A DNA stretch of 64,000 nucleotides from Streptococcus sanguinis (GCA_963549775.1 CAUUZZ010000001.1:22919-86918), one strand, 5' to 3'. Positions 10,638 to 21,092 are shown, numbered from the stretch's first letter. Program-made: numbers and translations. The notes: a model not told the origin generated them from the sequence alone.

Positions 10638-11274
10638 GTGTTTTCTCCTTTAATATTATATTGTTTCTGTTAAGCAATTTAAAGATTCGAGCAATCTCTT
10701 CCGCAGTCTGCTTTTCTGACTGACTACCATCTGTTATGAGGCTAGGATAGCCTAATCTCACCGCTTCCTTCCGAACCATTTGGGCAAAAAGAATGTCTCG
10801 CTGCATCCAGTTTTCAAAAGCTTGCTCAGGATTGGTTGTTCCCTCTAAGACAAAAGTAACCCATTCTCTCTGTCTATAATGCTTTTTCTGAAAATCAGCT
10901 GTCGGAGTCAAGCATAGATAGGAAGACGCTGGCCATTCAAGCTCCTTTACCAAGTGAGGCAAAAGTCCTGCCCCCTCAACCAAGAGTGGTCTATCTTGAT
11001 TTTTTATCAAGTAAGATTTTACATAAGGAAAAATCTCTTCATAAAAGCGCCATTCTTCATCTGCCATCTCTTCTGGATTTCTCATCCAGATTTGTTCCGG
11101 ATTTCTGTCCTGTCTAAGAAGGCAAATCGGCTGTGAGTCTGCACTTGCTTGACTCATCATCTCGTCTACCAAATCATCCAGTTTGATATGAAGCAGCTGA
11201 TACTGTCTAGCAAGAAGTGAAGCAATTGTTGACTTCCCACTACAAGGCGATCCGCCAATCATATAAAGCACCAT
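10630..11274 (-). CDS. P-loop kinase/AAA-family protein of unknown function
   Basis: GGAGGG SD before ATG 11274; [11 protein letters not shown]alker A; LLVEG Walker-B-like; overlaps the thrS start by 8 nt. Confidence 0.85.
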   Translation of the reverse strand: MVLYMIGGSPCSGKSTIASLLARQYQLLHIKLDDLVDEMMSQASADSQPICLLRQDRNPEQIWMRNPEEMADEEWRFYEEIFPYVKSYLIKNQDRPLLVEGAGLLPHLVKELEWPASSYLCLTPTADFQKKHYRQREWVTFVLEGTTNPEQAFENWMQRDILFAQMVRKEAVRLGYPSLITDGSQSEKQTAEEIARIFKLLNRNNIILKEKTHD

Positions 11275-11290
11275 TCTCCCTCCTTCTGAC

Positions 11291-11499
11291 AAAAGAAAAA
11301 CGACATCCTCAAAAGGACGTCGCAACGTGGTTCCACCTTCATTTATGCAAGCCAAAAGACTTACACCTCGAATCGGCTCTAACGTAGCCACCGTTTTATG
11401 TTTGCATAAAAGCTAATAGAGTAGTCCCAACTGCATCCTCTACGCGATTTCCAGCTCCACGCGCTCTCTAAAAGATTTCCTGCAGGTGATATGTCTCTA
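11291..11499 (-). promoter_or_regulatory. T-box riboswitch (thrS leader)
   Basis: AAGGTGGAACCACG T-box (11339-11326); terminator CGACGTCCT-TTTG-AGGATGTCG-U tract; AGAGA and GCTGG stem I motifs; TGnTATAAT at 11514-11506. Confidence 0.93.
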
Positions 11500-11536
11500 G
11501 AAAACATTATAGCACGATTGGAGAAATTTGCAAGAG

Positions 11537-12019
11537 CTATTGACCATCAAAACCAGAAAAACGATTTAGAGCCTCTTGACTCAAAGTGGCTGCTTGACGT
11601 TTTTTACGGTGTTGCTCTGCCAGCAGCATTCCTCCCAAAGAAAGGAATAACAAGACATGAATATCCCTGGCATTATAAAGCGTGGAAGTGATTGGATTAT
11701 AAATCTTGTCTCCTGAGTAAAAAAGGCCGTCAAAAAAGTTTTTGAATAGGTAATAATACTGAACCCCTGGAATCAGAAGAAGAAAGGGCAGTGAAAAACC
11801 TTGCATCCGAGTATTTATATAAACAATCACTGCGCCAATCAAAGGAAGCAGCACAGCATAATAAAATAAATTAAGATTAGAAAGCCAGTTCAAAACACTT
11901 TCTACACTTTCTGTATTGTCTATAAGATATCTCCAAAGCTCTTGCCAAATCAAATCTGAAGCAATGAAAATGCCATAGAACAAAAGCAACCAAGGCAACT
12001 GTTTGAGATATTTTTTCAT
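11537..12019 (-). CDS. Hypothetical multi-TM membrane protein
   Basis: AGGAG SD; about 4 hydrophobic segments. Confidence 0.75.
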   Translation of the reverse strand: MKKYLKQLPWLLLFYGIFIASDLIWQELWRYLIDNTESVESVLNWLSNLNLFYYAVLLPLIGAVIVYINTRMQGFSLPFLLLIPGVQYYYLFKNFFDGLFYSGDKIYNPITSTLYNARDIHVLLFLSLGGMLLAEQHRKKRQAATLSQEALNRFSGFDGQ

Positions 12020-12090
12020 AAGATTTCTCCTCTATTTTTAAACAAAACCTTGCATAAATAGCTATTGCCACAATGATGCAAGGCATATTT

Positions 12091-13413
12091 CTATTCTAAT
12101 AACTTAGTAATATTCCTGATTTTTTTCACTTGCTTCCTCGAAGCTTTGAGGATACGGACGGATCCATTGATTGGTAGAGAGATGACCTTGCCAGGCAGAT
12201 AGGCCACTGTCTTGCCCAGACGCTTGGCAGCACTTTCCTCTGGGCTAAGCTCGTTATGGAAGTCTTTGGAAATAGTCAAATCCAGATAAAACTCATAAAC
12301 CCTGCGGCCAAAGTTCTCCGCTGAAATCTCGTAGAGCTTGTCTGCTAGCTTCTTCTCATCCATGTCAGGCGTCGCAATAATCGCCTCTAAAATAGCGCCT
12401 GATAAATCCCGCTCTTGGTAATAAAGGGTCCCAAAAATCTTGTCACTGATAACATTATCCAGATAAGGATTTCCATGGGCAATAATCGGTGTGCCGCTGG
12501 CTAAGCTTTCCAGATAAGTCAGACCTTGAGTCTCACTGGTTGAGGCAGAGATAAAGAAATCCGCAGCTTTGTAGTAAAGGGCCGTATCACTAGGAGCAAT
12601 CATCCCCGTAAAGATGACAGCTTCTTCAATCTGAAGCTTGGCAACCAATTCTTTCAAGTCTTCCGCATAGGGACCGTCGCCGACAATGACTAGCTTGACT
12701 TTGTCATTTTCTTCAAGGACGGCAGGCATCGCCTCAACGATAGCCTGGATATTCTTTTCATAAGAAATACGGGACAGACTGAGCAGCATAATCTCGTCTT
12801 CAGCAAGACCTAACTTGAAACGAAGCTTCTTGATATCCTCACGCGAAATTTCCGGCCGCTCAAACTTCGCCAGCTCAATCCCTGTCGGAATCACCCGTTT
12901 TTCTGCTTCGATTTTATAATTAACCAAGAGGTCATAGACAATCTCGCTAGGGCAGATAACCCCATCCAAATCACTCATGAAACCACGGACGATGTATTTG
13001 ACCATGCTAGGACGGATGACCATCCCCTTGGCAATATAGTGCACATAATCTTCATACTGGGTATGATAGGTATGTACTACCGGAATCCGCAGTTCTTTGG
13101 CAATCCAAATCCCCAGCAGACCTAGTGAAAACTCTGTCTGGGTATGGATAATATCCAGCTGGTACTGCCGAGCAATTTCCAAGGCATGAGAAAAGCCTCG
13201 GTAAGCCACTCTTCGGTCCTTAAAGGCAAAGAAAGGTACGCTGGGAATCCGAATAATCTGCCAATCCTCATAACGATTGACATCCTTGTCCGTCGTCGTA
13301 AAAATAAACACCGTGTGACCTAATTTTTCCAGCTCCGTCTTCAAAGTCCGAATACTGGTAGCAACCCCAGAAACCTGAGGAAAATAGGTATCTGTAAAAA
13401 GACCAATACGCAT
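12091..13413 (-). CDS. GT4 glycosyltransferase, probable monoglucosyl-diacylglycerol synthase (LafA-like)
   Basis: MRIGLFTDTYFPQVSGV start; SETQGLTYLE motif. Confidence 0.88.
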   Translation of the reverse strand: MRIGLFTDTYFPQVSGVATSIRTLKTELEKLGHTVFIFTTTDKDVNRYEDWQIIRIPSVPFFAFKDRRVAYRGFSHALEIARQYQLDIIHTQTEFSLGLLGIWIAKELRIPVVHTYHTQYEDYVHYIAKGMVIRPSMVKYIVRGFMSDLDGVICPSEIVYDLLVNYKIEAEKRVIPTGIELAKFERPEISREDIKKLRFKLGLAEDEIMLLSLSRISYEKNIQAIVEAMPAVLEENDKVKLVIVGDGPYAEDLKELVAKLQIEEAVIFTGMIAPSDTALYYKAADFFISASTSETQGLTYLESLASGTPIIAHGNPYLDNVISDKIFGTLYYQERDLSGAILEAIIATPDMDEKKLADKLYEISAENFGRRVYEFYLDLTISKDFHNELSPEESAAKRLGKTVAYLPGKVISLPINGSVRILKASRKQVKKIRNITKLLE

Positions 13414-13414
13414 C

Positions 13415-14413
13415 TTACATCTCCAAAACTGTTTGATAAGCCTCAACTAACTGACCTGAGACATCGTCAATGGACCGGCTTTTAGCCACTTGATAGCCTG
13501 CTTCACGCTTGTCCACCTTTTTATCTAGGATATTTCTCAGAGACTGGACAAACTCATCTACATTGTTGCAGAGCTCGGCTGAACGCTCATCCACCCAGCC
13601 CTGATAGACCGGAATATCACGCAGCACAACATTCTGCTCACTGGCCAAGGCTTCCAGGACAACAATTCCTTCAGTTTCCTCATAGGACGGGAAAAAGAAG
13701 GCATCCGCTCCAGACATGGCTCCCTGAAATACCGCTCCCTTAAAATAGCCGGGAAATTCAACATTATCAGGATGGTCAAAGAGAACCAGACGACGAATCT
13801 TGCGTGGAATCAGCCAGAGATTGATAGAGCCCAGCCAGATAAAGCGCACATCTGGCATCCTGCGGGCAACCTCTACAAAATCCTCAATCCCCTTGCGGCG
13901 GAAATAAAGGCCAGCACAAACGACCACCTTCTGCCCCTCTTCAATCTTAAAATACTTTTTAAAAACTTCTTCCTTGCGAGCATCTTTCTTATACTTAGGC
14001 AGGTCAATACCGTTTGACACAGCCACCATAGGCGTAGTGACCCCATAAGACTGGATCAGCTGCTTGGAATACTCCGAAGGTGTGATAATGAAATCCGCCT
14101 TTTTATACATGTGAGTCAGATATTTACCAAAAAGCGGAGCAAAGAGATTGGAGCCAATAAAGGAATTTTCAAAGTCCTCCTTGGTCGAATGCCCATGCAT
14201 AATCACTTTTTTATTGCCCCTCTTGGCAGCATGCAGGAGAAGCAAGCTACGGGGACCATAGGTATTGATGTGGACCACATCATAATCTCCTAAAACGTCC
14301 GTCGTATAAGGAATCCCAGCCAAATCCAAGGCATGCATCTGATGCTGGAGGGCTCGGCCGATTCCTGATTTCTCCAAAACGGACTTTCCTTCAAGATACA
14401 GTAATACTTTCAT
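13415..14413 (-). CDS. GT4 glycosyltransferase, probable diglycosyl-diacylglycerol synthase
   Basis: FFPSYEETEGIVVLEA motif; paired with the MGDG synthase. Confidence 0.82.
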   Translation of the reverse strand: MKVLLYLEGKSVLEKSGIGRALQHQMHALDLAGIPYTTDVLGDYDVVHINTYGPRSLLLLHAAKRGNKKVIMHGHSTKEDFENSFIGSNLFAPLFGKYLTHMYKKADFIITPSEYSKQLIQSYGVTTPMVAVSNGIDLPKYKKDARKEEVFKKYFKIEEGQKVVVCAGLYFRRKGIEDFVEVARRMPDVRFIWLGSINLWLIPRKIRRLVLFDHPDNVEFPGYFKGAVFQGAMSGADAFFFPSYEETEGIVVLEALASEQNVVLRDIPVYQGWVDERSAELCNNVDEFVQSLRNILDKKVDKREAGYQVAKSRSIDDVSGQLVEAYQTVLEM

Positions 14414-14528
14414 ACTTCCTATTATACCTAAAATAAAATAAAAAGGAAATCCACAAGGGCAAATGGGGTAAAAAATCCATCCAAAGCCTGATAAGGCTTA
14501 GAAAAGTACCCCTAGCTAAATGGAAACA

Positions 14529-14556
14529 CAAAAAAGCTGAGGTACTACACCTCAGC
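14529..14556 (-). terminator. ccpA intrinsic terminator
   Basis: GCTGAGGT-gtagt-ACCTCAGC-TTTTTT on the minus strand. Confidence 0.8.
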
Positions 14557-14660
14557 CTCGCTTCATAGTCATGAAACTCTCTTAAAGCAGTCATTGACTT
14601 AGTCTCTTCGCTCGCTTTTCAAGATCAGAGAAGTTCCTAAGCAGACTTGCGGCTCACCGC

Positions 14661-15665
14661 TTATTTCCGAGTTGATTTACGCTCGCTAATGCTGTGAGCT
14701 AAGAGAACTTCGCGTTCTTCCAATTCTTCCTTATGCATAATCTTAGTCAGCATGCGCATACTGATAGCGCCGATGTCATAGAGGGGCTGACCGATTGTGG
14801 AAAGGTTAGGACGAGTGAAACGAGCTACTTGCGAATCATCACTGGTAATGATTTCAAAATCTTCTGGAACCTTGATGCCTTGATCAGACAGACCATTTAA
14901 GAGGCCTGCTGCCAGTTCATCTCCTGTGACAAAAGCTGCAGTTGCTTTGGAAGCAACGACACGTTCTGCCAAGTGGTAGCCATCATCATAAGAATATTTT
15001 GATTCAAAAACCAAGCCTTCGCTGTATGAAAGCTTCTTGTTCTTCAAGCCATCTTTATAGCCTGATAGACGGATTTTCCCGTTGATATCATCTACAAGCG
15101 GCCCGCTGACAAAGGCAATTTTCTTATTGCGCTTAGCCAGTAATTCTACAGCATCAACCGTTGCTTGCTTGTAGTCAATATTGACGCTCGGAAGCTGATG
15201 CTCCACATCGACAGTACCCGCCAAAACGACCGGTGTGCGTGAACGTGAAAACTCTGAGCGAATTTTCTCTGTCAGATGATAGCCCATGAAAATAATGCCA
15301 TCCACCTGCTTAGAAAAGAGCGTATTGACAACGGATACTTCCTTATCATCGTCCTCATCACTGTTAGCCAAGACAATATTGTATTTATACATTTCGGCAA
15401 TATCATCAATCCCTTTTGCCAGAGTTGAGAAATAGCTATTGGTAATATTTGGAATGACAACGCCGACGGTTGTAGTCTTCTTGCTGGCTAGTCCACGTGC
15501 TACTGCATTTGGACGATAGTCAAGACGATCAATGACCTCTAAAACTTTTTTACGTGTGTTTTCTTTGACGTTCTTGTTTCCATTCACTACCCGACTGACT
15601 GTCGCCATCGAAACTCCCGCTTCACGGGCGACATCATAAATGGTTACTGTGTCGTCTGTGTTCAT
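14661..15665 (-). CDS. ccpA: Catabolite control protein A
   Basis: TIYDVAREAGVSMATVSRV LacI HTH; divergent from pepQ. Confidence 0.98.
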   Translation of the reverse strand: MNTDDTVTIYDVAREAGVSMATVSRVVNGNKNVKENTRKKVLEVIDRLDYRPNAVARGLASKKTTTVGVVIPNITNSYFSTLAKGIDDIAEMYKYNIVLANSDEDDDKEVSVVNTLFSKQVDGIIFMGYHLTEKIRSEFSRSRTPVVLAGTVDVEHQLPSVNIDYKQATVDAVELLAKRNKKIAFVSGPLVDDINGKIRLSGYKDGLKNKKLSYSEGLVFESKYSYDDGYHLAERVVASKATAAFVTGDELAAGLLNGLSDQGIKVPEDFEIITSDDSQVARFTRPNLSTIGQPLYDIGAISMRMLTKIMHKEELEEREVLLAHSISERKSTRK

Positions 15666-15731
15666 ATAGTTTCCTTTCTTCTATTGAAAATATCGTTTTC
15701 ACTTTCCTACATTCACCATTTTATCACTTCT

Positions 15732-15745
15732 TGTAAACACTTTCA
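15732..15745. promoter_or_regulatory. cre-like CcpA site in the ccpA-pepQ intergenic region
   Basis: TGTAAACACTTTCA, close to the cre consensus TGWAARCGYTWNCA. Confidence 0.65.
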
Positions 15746-15827
15746 AGTATTTTGATAAGTTTTTGAAAAGTCTTGCTTTTTTTGACATTTTTTGCCAAAA
15801 TAGAGGCATAGAAAGAAGGTTGTGACC

Positions 15828-16910
15828 ATGACAAAAATCCAACAAATCACCCACTATCTTGAGAATGAGAAGCTAGATGCTGCTGTCCTGTCTGATCCAG
15901 TCACTATCAATTATCTGACTGGTTTCTACAGCGACCCGCATGAGCGGCAGATGTTTTTGTTTGTCTATCCTGACCATGAGCCCCTGCTCTTCGTGCCAGC
16001 TTTAGAAGTTGAGCGTGCTTCAGGTTCTGTTCCCTTTTCAGTCCTTGGCTATATGGACTCTGAAAATCCTTGGCAGAAGATTAAAGCTGCCCTGCCTAGT
16101 CACTCCTTCAAGACCGTCGCTCTTGAGTTTGATAACTTGATTTTGACCAAATATCATGGATTGAAAACTGTCTTTGAAACTGCAGAATTTGCCAATCTGA
16201 CACCTTACGTCAACCGCTTGCGCCTGATTAAGTCTGCCGATGAAATCCAGAAAATGCTGGTAGCTGGGCAATATGCTGACAAGGCTGTCAATATCGGTTT
16301 TGACAATATTTCACTGGACAATACTGAAACAGATATCATCGCTCAGATTGACTTTGCCATCAAGCGAGAAGGCTATGAGATGAGCTTTGAAACCATGGTG
16401 CTGACGGGAAATAATGCAGCTAATCCACACGGCATTCCCGGAGCCAATAAAGTCGAAAACAACGCCCTCCTGCTCTTTGACCTTGGCTGCATGGTTAATG
16501 GCTATGCCAGCGATATGACGCGGACTGTTGCTGTTGGCCAGCCGGACCAGTTCAAAAAAGATATCTACCATCTGACATTGGAAGCCCAGCAAGCTGCTCT
16601 TGACTTTATCAAGCCAGGTGTCACAGCTCATGAAGTAGACCGTGCCGCTCGGCGAGTTATCGAAAAAGCGGGCTATGGTGAGTATTTCAACCACCGTCTC
16701 GGCCACGGTATCGGTATGGATGTTCACGAATTTCCATCCATCATGGAGGGCAACGACATGATCATCGAAGAAGGCATGTGCTTCTCTGTTGAGCCTGGTA
16801 TCTACATCCCTGGCAAGGTCGGTGTCCGCATCGAAGACTGCGGCCATGTCACTAAGAATGGTTTTGAACTCTTCACCGAGACTAGCAAGGACTTGCTGTA
16901 TTTTGAATAG
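15828..16910 (+). CDS. pepQ: Xaa-Pro dipeptidase (prolidase)
   Basis: M24 motifs HRLGHGIG, EPGIY, GVRIED; conserved synteny with ccpA. Confidence 0.95.
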   Translation: MTKIQQITHYLENEKLDAAVLSDPVTINYLTGFYSDPHERQMFLFVYPDHEPLLFVPALEVERASGSVPFSVLGYMDSENPWQKIKAALPSHSFKTVALEFDNLILTKYHGLKTVFETAEFANLTPYVNRLRLIKSADEIQKMLVAGQYADKAVNIGFDNISLDNTETDIIAQIDFAIKREGYEMSFETMVLTGNNAANPHGIPGANKVENNALLLFDLGCMVNGYASDMTRTVAVGQPDQFKKDIYHLTLEAQQAALDFIKPGVTAHEVDRAARRVIEKAGYGEYFNHRLGHGIGMDVHEFPSIMEGNDMIIEEGMCFSVEPGIYIPGKVGVRIEDCGHVTKNGFELFTETSKDLLYFE

Positions 16911-17361
16911 AATTTTATAAGCCTATATTATGTCTTGAATGATTACTGGGCTTGGCAAAGACCTTCTGGTTATTTGGGCTACCATTATTGAAAGCTTTTA
17001 GCCATCACTTTTTTGATTAATGAGAAAACTAAATCCCGTGACCGCTTCTCACTCTTCTTTAGCCCAAATAGATTTTGAGCATTGTTATAGCTATCTTAGT
17101 CCTTAAGCATTTATAATTTCAAAAAACGATAGAAAAGTTTCTGTCGTTTTTTCTTGGTTCCTAGTAATTATACTAAGTCATTTAGATTCACCCACTTTTT
17201 CTCCAATGAAGTCGTCTCTCGAGACTTTCCGAAAAACTCAATTGCCCCGCACTAACCAGTTTTTACACTAGCAAGATGGTTTCATCACTGAAAAGATAAA
17301 GCGTCATTAAATCTTGTCATATCAGAGGTTTTTATCCCTTCTTGCCCTTCTGATTTAAAAA

Positions 17362-17396
17362 TGTTATAATTTTTTATGAAAAATTGTCTAAAAATT
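17362..17396 (+). promoter_or_regulatory. Extended -10 element and CodY-like box of the iron ABC operon
   Basis: TGTTATAAT at 17362; AATTGTCTAAAAATT at 17382-17396 (2 mismatches to AATTTTCWGAAAATT). Confidence 0.55.
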
Positions 17397-17423
17397 CTAA
17401 TCTTTGCTGTTAAGGAGGTTTGG

Positions 17424-18470
17424 ATGCTCTTTAAAAAGTCAGAAAATCACAGATTTTCTCGCTATATCTGCCTGCTCTTGCTTCTCATCATTTTTCTGGC
17501 TTTCTCCCTCTTTTTAGCTGTATCTTTGGGATCGGTCACTATTGATATACAGGATACTTACCGGATTATTTTCAGCAAGCTCGGCTTTTCCCTCGGCACA
17601 GGCAAACTATCGCCGTCCACAATCGCGATTGTTTGGAACATGCGGGTTCCAAGAGTGCTTTTGGGAATCCTAGCTGGTGCTGGGCTATCTGTCTGTGGCA
17701 GCGTCATGCAATCTACTGTCAATAATCCCATCGCAGAGCCTTATATCCTGGGAATTTCAGCCGGTGCAACTTTCGGAGCCACACTAAGCATTATCTTAGG
17801 GCTCAAATCCATTACTGGCGCAGGCGCCTTTATAGGAGCCATTCTGGCATCAGCTGTGGTCCTTTTTATAGCATCCATGCAGGGAAAAATGACGACAAGC
17901 AGTCTGATTTTATCAGGAACAGTTGTAAATGCCCTTTTTATCGCCTTTTCCAACTTTATCATTTCTGTCGGTGCTAATGCTGACAGCCTTATGACGATCA
18001 AGTTCTGGACCATGGGCTCGCTAGCCGGAACTTCTTGGTCAGACCTTGCCTTGCCGGCTCTTGTTGTTGGTTTCTCCTTTTTGTTTTTCTGTTCCCAGTA
18101 TCGTATTTTCAATACTATGATGATGGGGGACGAAGCAGCTCTGACGCTGGGAGTCCCTCTGCGTTTTTACTGGTTCCTCTATATCACAGTTGTCGCAGTC
18201 ATGACAGCGGTACTGGTTGCCTGCTGCGGCATTATCGGCTTCGTTGGACTAATCACTCCGCACATTGCTCGAAGATTAGTCGGTACCAACTACAAAAGGC
18301 TCTTTCCTATCGCTACCCTGCTCGGCTCTCTCTTTCTTGTCTGGGCAGATGTTTTAGCTCGAATTTTGGTCAAAAATGCCGAGCTGCCGATTGGGATCTT
18401 TACCGCTTTGGTTGGCGCACCCTTCTTTATCTACATTGTAGCCAAAAGCCGAAAGGAGGTAAGCAGCTGA
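17424..18470 (+). CDS. FecCD/BtuC-family iron-complex ABC permease
   Basis: RVPR, NPIAEPYILGIS, GIIGFVGL, ELPIG motifs; AAGGAGG SD. Confidence 0.92.
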   Translation: MLFKKSENHRFSRYICLLLLLIIFLAFSLFLAVSLGSVTIDIQDTYRIIFSKLGFSLGTGKLSPSTIAIVWNMRVPRVLLGILAGAGLSVCGSVMQSTVNNPIAEPYILGISAGATFGATLSIILGLKSITGAGAFIGAILASAVVLFIASMQGKMTTSSLILSGTVVNALFIAFSNFIISVGANADSLMTIKFWTMGSLAGTSWSDLALPALVVGFSFLFFCSQYRIFNTMMMGDEAALTLGVPLRFYWFLYITVVAVMTAVLVACCGIIGFVGLITPHIARRLVGTNYKRLFPIATLLGSLFLVWADVLARILVKNAELPIGIFTALVGAPFFIYIVAKSRKEVSS

Positions 18471-18471
18471 T

Positions 18472-19227
18472 ATGGATCTAACTTGCCAAAATATCCACTA
18501 TTCTATTGGTCCAAAAAAGATTTTGAAAGGGATTTCGCTCAAGGTTGAGGGAAATCAGTTTCACACCATTTTAGGGCCCAACGGAAGCGGCAAAACTAGT
18601 CTGCTCAAAACTATCTACCGCCAAATCAAACCTGACAGCGGGGACATTTATCTAAACGGAAGGCCGCTTGAACAGGTCAGCATAAAAAAAGCAGCCCAGA
18701 AAATAGCCGTTGTAACTCAGTTTAACCATCTTCAATTTGACTGCACTGTCCAAGAAATCGTCATGCTGGGCAGGACGCCGCATCTGTCCCTTTTTCAAAA
18801 AGAGAACGAAAAAGACTATTCCCTCGTCCGTCATGCCTTGAGACAGGTGGACATGCTGGATAAGGGAGAGCGAACCTATCTCTCCCTGTCTGGTGGTGAG
18901 AAGCAAAGAGTCCTGCTGGCACGCGCTTTGGCCCAGCAGCCAAGCCTACTGCTCCTAGACGAGCCGACCAATCATCTGGATATCAAATACCAGTTGGATA
19001 TGCTGCGTATCGTCAAAGACCTGAACATCAATGTTTTGGCTGTTTTACACGATATCCAACTGGCTTGTCGGTATTCAGACTATTTGTACCTCATGAAAGG
19101 AGGTGAGATTGCATACCAAGGCGCTCCAAAGGAGGCCATCACCCATGATTCACTGCAAGCCGTTTACGGTATTCAAAGCAAAGTGATCTGGACCAAGGAT
19201 CGACAGGCCATGATTCAGTATCTATAA
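18472..19227 (+). CDS. Iron-complex ABC transporter ATPase
   Basis: GPNGSGKT, LSGGEKQR, DEPTNHLD. Confidence 0.92.
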   Translation: MDLTCQNIHYSIGPKKILKGISLKVEGNQFHTILGPNGSGKTSLLKTIYRQIKPDSGDIYLNGRPLEQVSIKKAAQKIAVVTQFNHLQFDCTVQEIVMLGRTPHLSLFQKENEKDYSLVRHALRQVDMLDKGERTYLSLSGGEKQRVLLARALAQQPSLLLLDEPTNHLDIKYQLDMLRIVKDLNINVLAVLHDIQLACRYSDYLYLMKGGEIAYQGAPKEAITHDSLQAVYGIQSKVIWTKDRQAMIQYL

Positions 19228-19282
19228 GAGCCTGCTCTCAGCTTTATCTATACAAGCTCCAAGCCCAAGAAAGGAAGGCAAT

Positions 19283-20311
19283 ATGAAAAAAACACTCAGT
19301 ATCTTACTCGTCGCAACTGCTGCACTGACAATGGCAGCCTGCAATTCTTCATCTAAAGAAAGTACGAAAGAAAGCTCAACTTCACAATCTTCCTCCAAAA
19401 CAGAAAGCGCGAAAAAAAGCACAGCAGAGACAAAATATCCCGTGACAATCAAAACTTACGATGCCGAAGGCAAGGAGATTGATCAGGTCTTTGAAAAGGC
19501 ACCGGAAAAGGTCATCACCAACAACCTTTCGACGACCGAAATCTTGATTGAACTAGGATTGAAAGACAAGATCGCCGGTATGCTCAATCCAGACAATGAT
19601 GTCACAGATAAATACAAGGCTGATATTGCCACCATTCCGCAAGTCGGCGACAAGAAAACCGTATCACAGGAAACTGTGCTATCTTATGAGCCAGATGCTC
19701 TTCTTGGCCGAAACATGATGTTTTCCGAGAAATCTCTGGGGACAGTCAGTGCCTGGAATGAAAACAAAATCCCTGTCTACACACAGAAAGCTTCCCTGTC
19801 CAATACCAAGCAAGATCTAGGCAATATCGTTGAAGATGTCAAGAATATAGGAACCATCTTTAATGTCCAAGACAAGGCCAATCAGTATGCTGACCAGCTG
19901 CAGGCAAGAATTGACAGTATCAAGAAAACCAATAAGGCTAGTCAAGGGGAAAAGAAAAAAGCGCTCATCATGTGTGCCTACAACGATGAGACTTTCGGTG
20001 CCTATAAATCTGCCCTGCAGGAGAGCCTGCTTAACCAGCTCGGCTATACCAATGTAGCGACTGGAACCTCTGACCTAACCTTGGAAAATCTGGTATCTAT
20101 GGATCCAGAAGTCATCATCTACGTAACCAGCGACCGCAACAAGACCATGGATGAGCAAGCAGTTGATCTAATGAAAGCCAATCCAGTTCTGGAAGATGTC
20201 CCAGCGGTCAAAAATCAGAAAATCATGACCATCTCCTATGATGAGTTCATGGATTATGGACCTGCTGTAATCGACTCACTCGAGAAAATCAATGACTTTG
20301 TCAATAAATAA
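19283..20311 (+). CDS. Iron-complex/siderophore-binding lipoprotein
   Basis: Lipobox MAAC; Ser-rich linker; periplasmic binding protein type 2 pattern. Confidence 0.9.
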   Translation: MKKTLSILLVATAALTMAACNSSSKESTKESSTSQSSSKTESAKKSTAETKYPVTIKTYDAEGKEIDQVFEKAPEKVITNNLSTTEILIELGLKDKIAGMLNPDNDVTDKYKADIATIPQVGDKKTVSQETVLSYEPDALLGRNMMFSEKSLGTVSAWNENKIPVYTQKASLSNTKQDLGNIVEDVKNIGTIFNVQDKANQYADQLQARIDSIKKTNKASQGEKKKALIMCAYNDETFGAYKSALQESLLNQLGYTNVATGTSDLTLENLVSMDPEVIIYVTSDRNKTMDEQAVDLMKANPVLEDVPAVKNQKIMTISYDEFMDYGPAVIDSLEKINDFVNK

Positions 20312-20984
20312 GACCTTTGTCTGGGAGGGGATCACTGTCAATATTGCCCTGCCCCAAGATTATGACGGATTACGACCTTATCCAGCACTCTTGCTAAATG
20401 ATGGACAGATAAACTACCTAAGCAGGCTTTCTTCATCGGTAATCTTGATCGGACTGATATCAAACAACAGGCTGGACGATTATACACCCTGGAAATCCGA
20501 TGCTCTAAAGCCTGGCAATCCTGATTTTGGTGGCAGAGCGGATAGCTACCACCAAAAGCTCTTCAGCGGTATATTAGCAGAAATCAGACAGCTCTACCTA
20601 CTGGATGACACGAGAATTGCCTATGGTGGCTACTCTCTCGGTGGACTAGCAGCTGTTTACAGTCTCTATAGCGGCTGCAATATTCCCTGTGTTTTTTCTA
20701 TCTGCGGTTCCTTTTGGTACCCAGGTTTTACCGACTATTGCCGGATACAGGACTTGAAAAATAAGGAATGTCTGATTTATTTACAGAATGGAAAGACAGA
20801 AGGTGCGAATCATTCAAACCGACTTTCCAAAGCTCCTTTTTATGCTGAAGAAATTCATCGCTTGATTCAGAAAGAAATCCTTACCACGTGCTCCGTCTTT
20901 GATCCTTATGGACATCATGAAGCCATCAAAGAGCGCTATGCCGCCTTTGCCGACTGGCTGGCCACACAATGGCATATCGACTAA
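20292..20984 (+). CDS. Putative esterase (IroE/BesA/Fes-like alpha/beta hydrolase)
   Basis: GYSLGG nucleophile elbow; RLDDYTPW; overlaps the SBP gene. Confidence 0.8.
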   Translation: MTLSINKTFVWEGITVNIALPQDYDGLRPYPALLLNDGQINYLSRLSSSVILIGLISNNRLDDYTPWKSDALKPGNPDFGGRADSYHQKLFSGILAEIRQLYLLDDTRIAYGGYSLGGLAAVYSLYSGCNIPCVFSICGSFWYPGFTDYCRIQDLKNKECLIYLQNGKTEGANHSNRLSKAPFYAEEIHRLIQKEILTTCSVFDPYGHHEAIKERYAAFADWLATQWHID

Positions 20985-20986
20985 TG

Positions 20987-21029
20987 AAAATCCCCTTTGT
21001 CACTTACAGCAGCTGACAAAGGGGGTTTT
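20987..21029. terminator. Probable bidirectional terminator
   Basis: AAAATCCCCTTTGTCA...TGACAAAGGGGGTTTT. Confidence 0.75.
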
Positions 21030-21092
21030 AGTTTATTAATGCAAGCAAAAGACTCTCACCAGTACAATGGTAAAAGTCTTGAGTAGAAAGAT

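Noticed and set aside
11275..11391. N-terminal extension of the 253-aa ORF in the track
   Set aside because: It runs through the T-box antiterminator and terminator; the SD-supported start is ATG 11274.
14420..14660. Possible ncRNA or 67-aa ORF after ccpA
   Set aside because: Only a terminator and the next promoter region are supportable; I recognised no RNA family.
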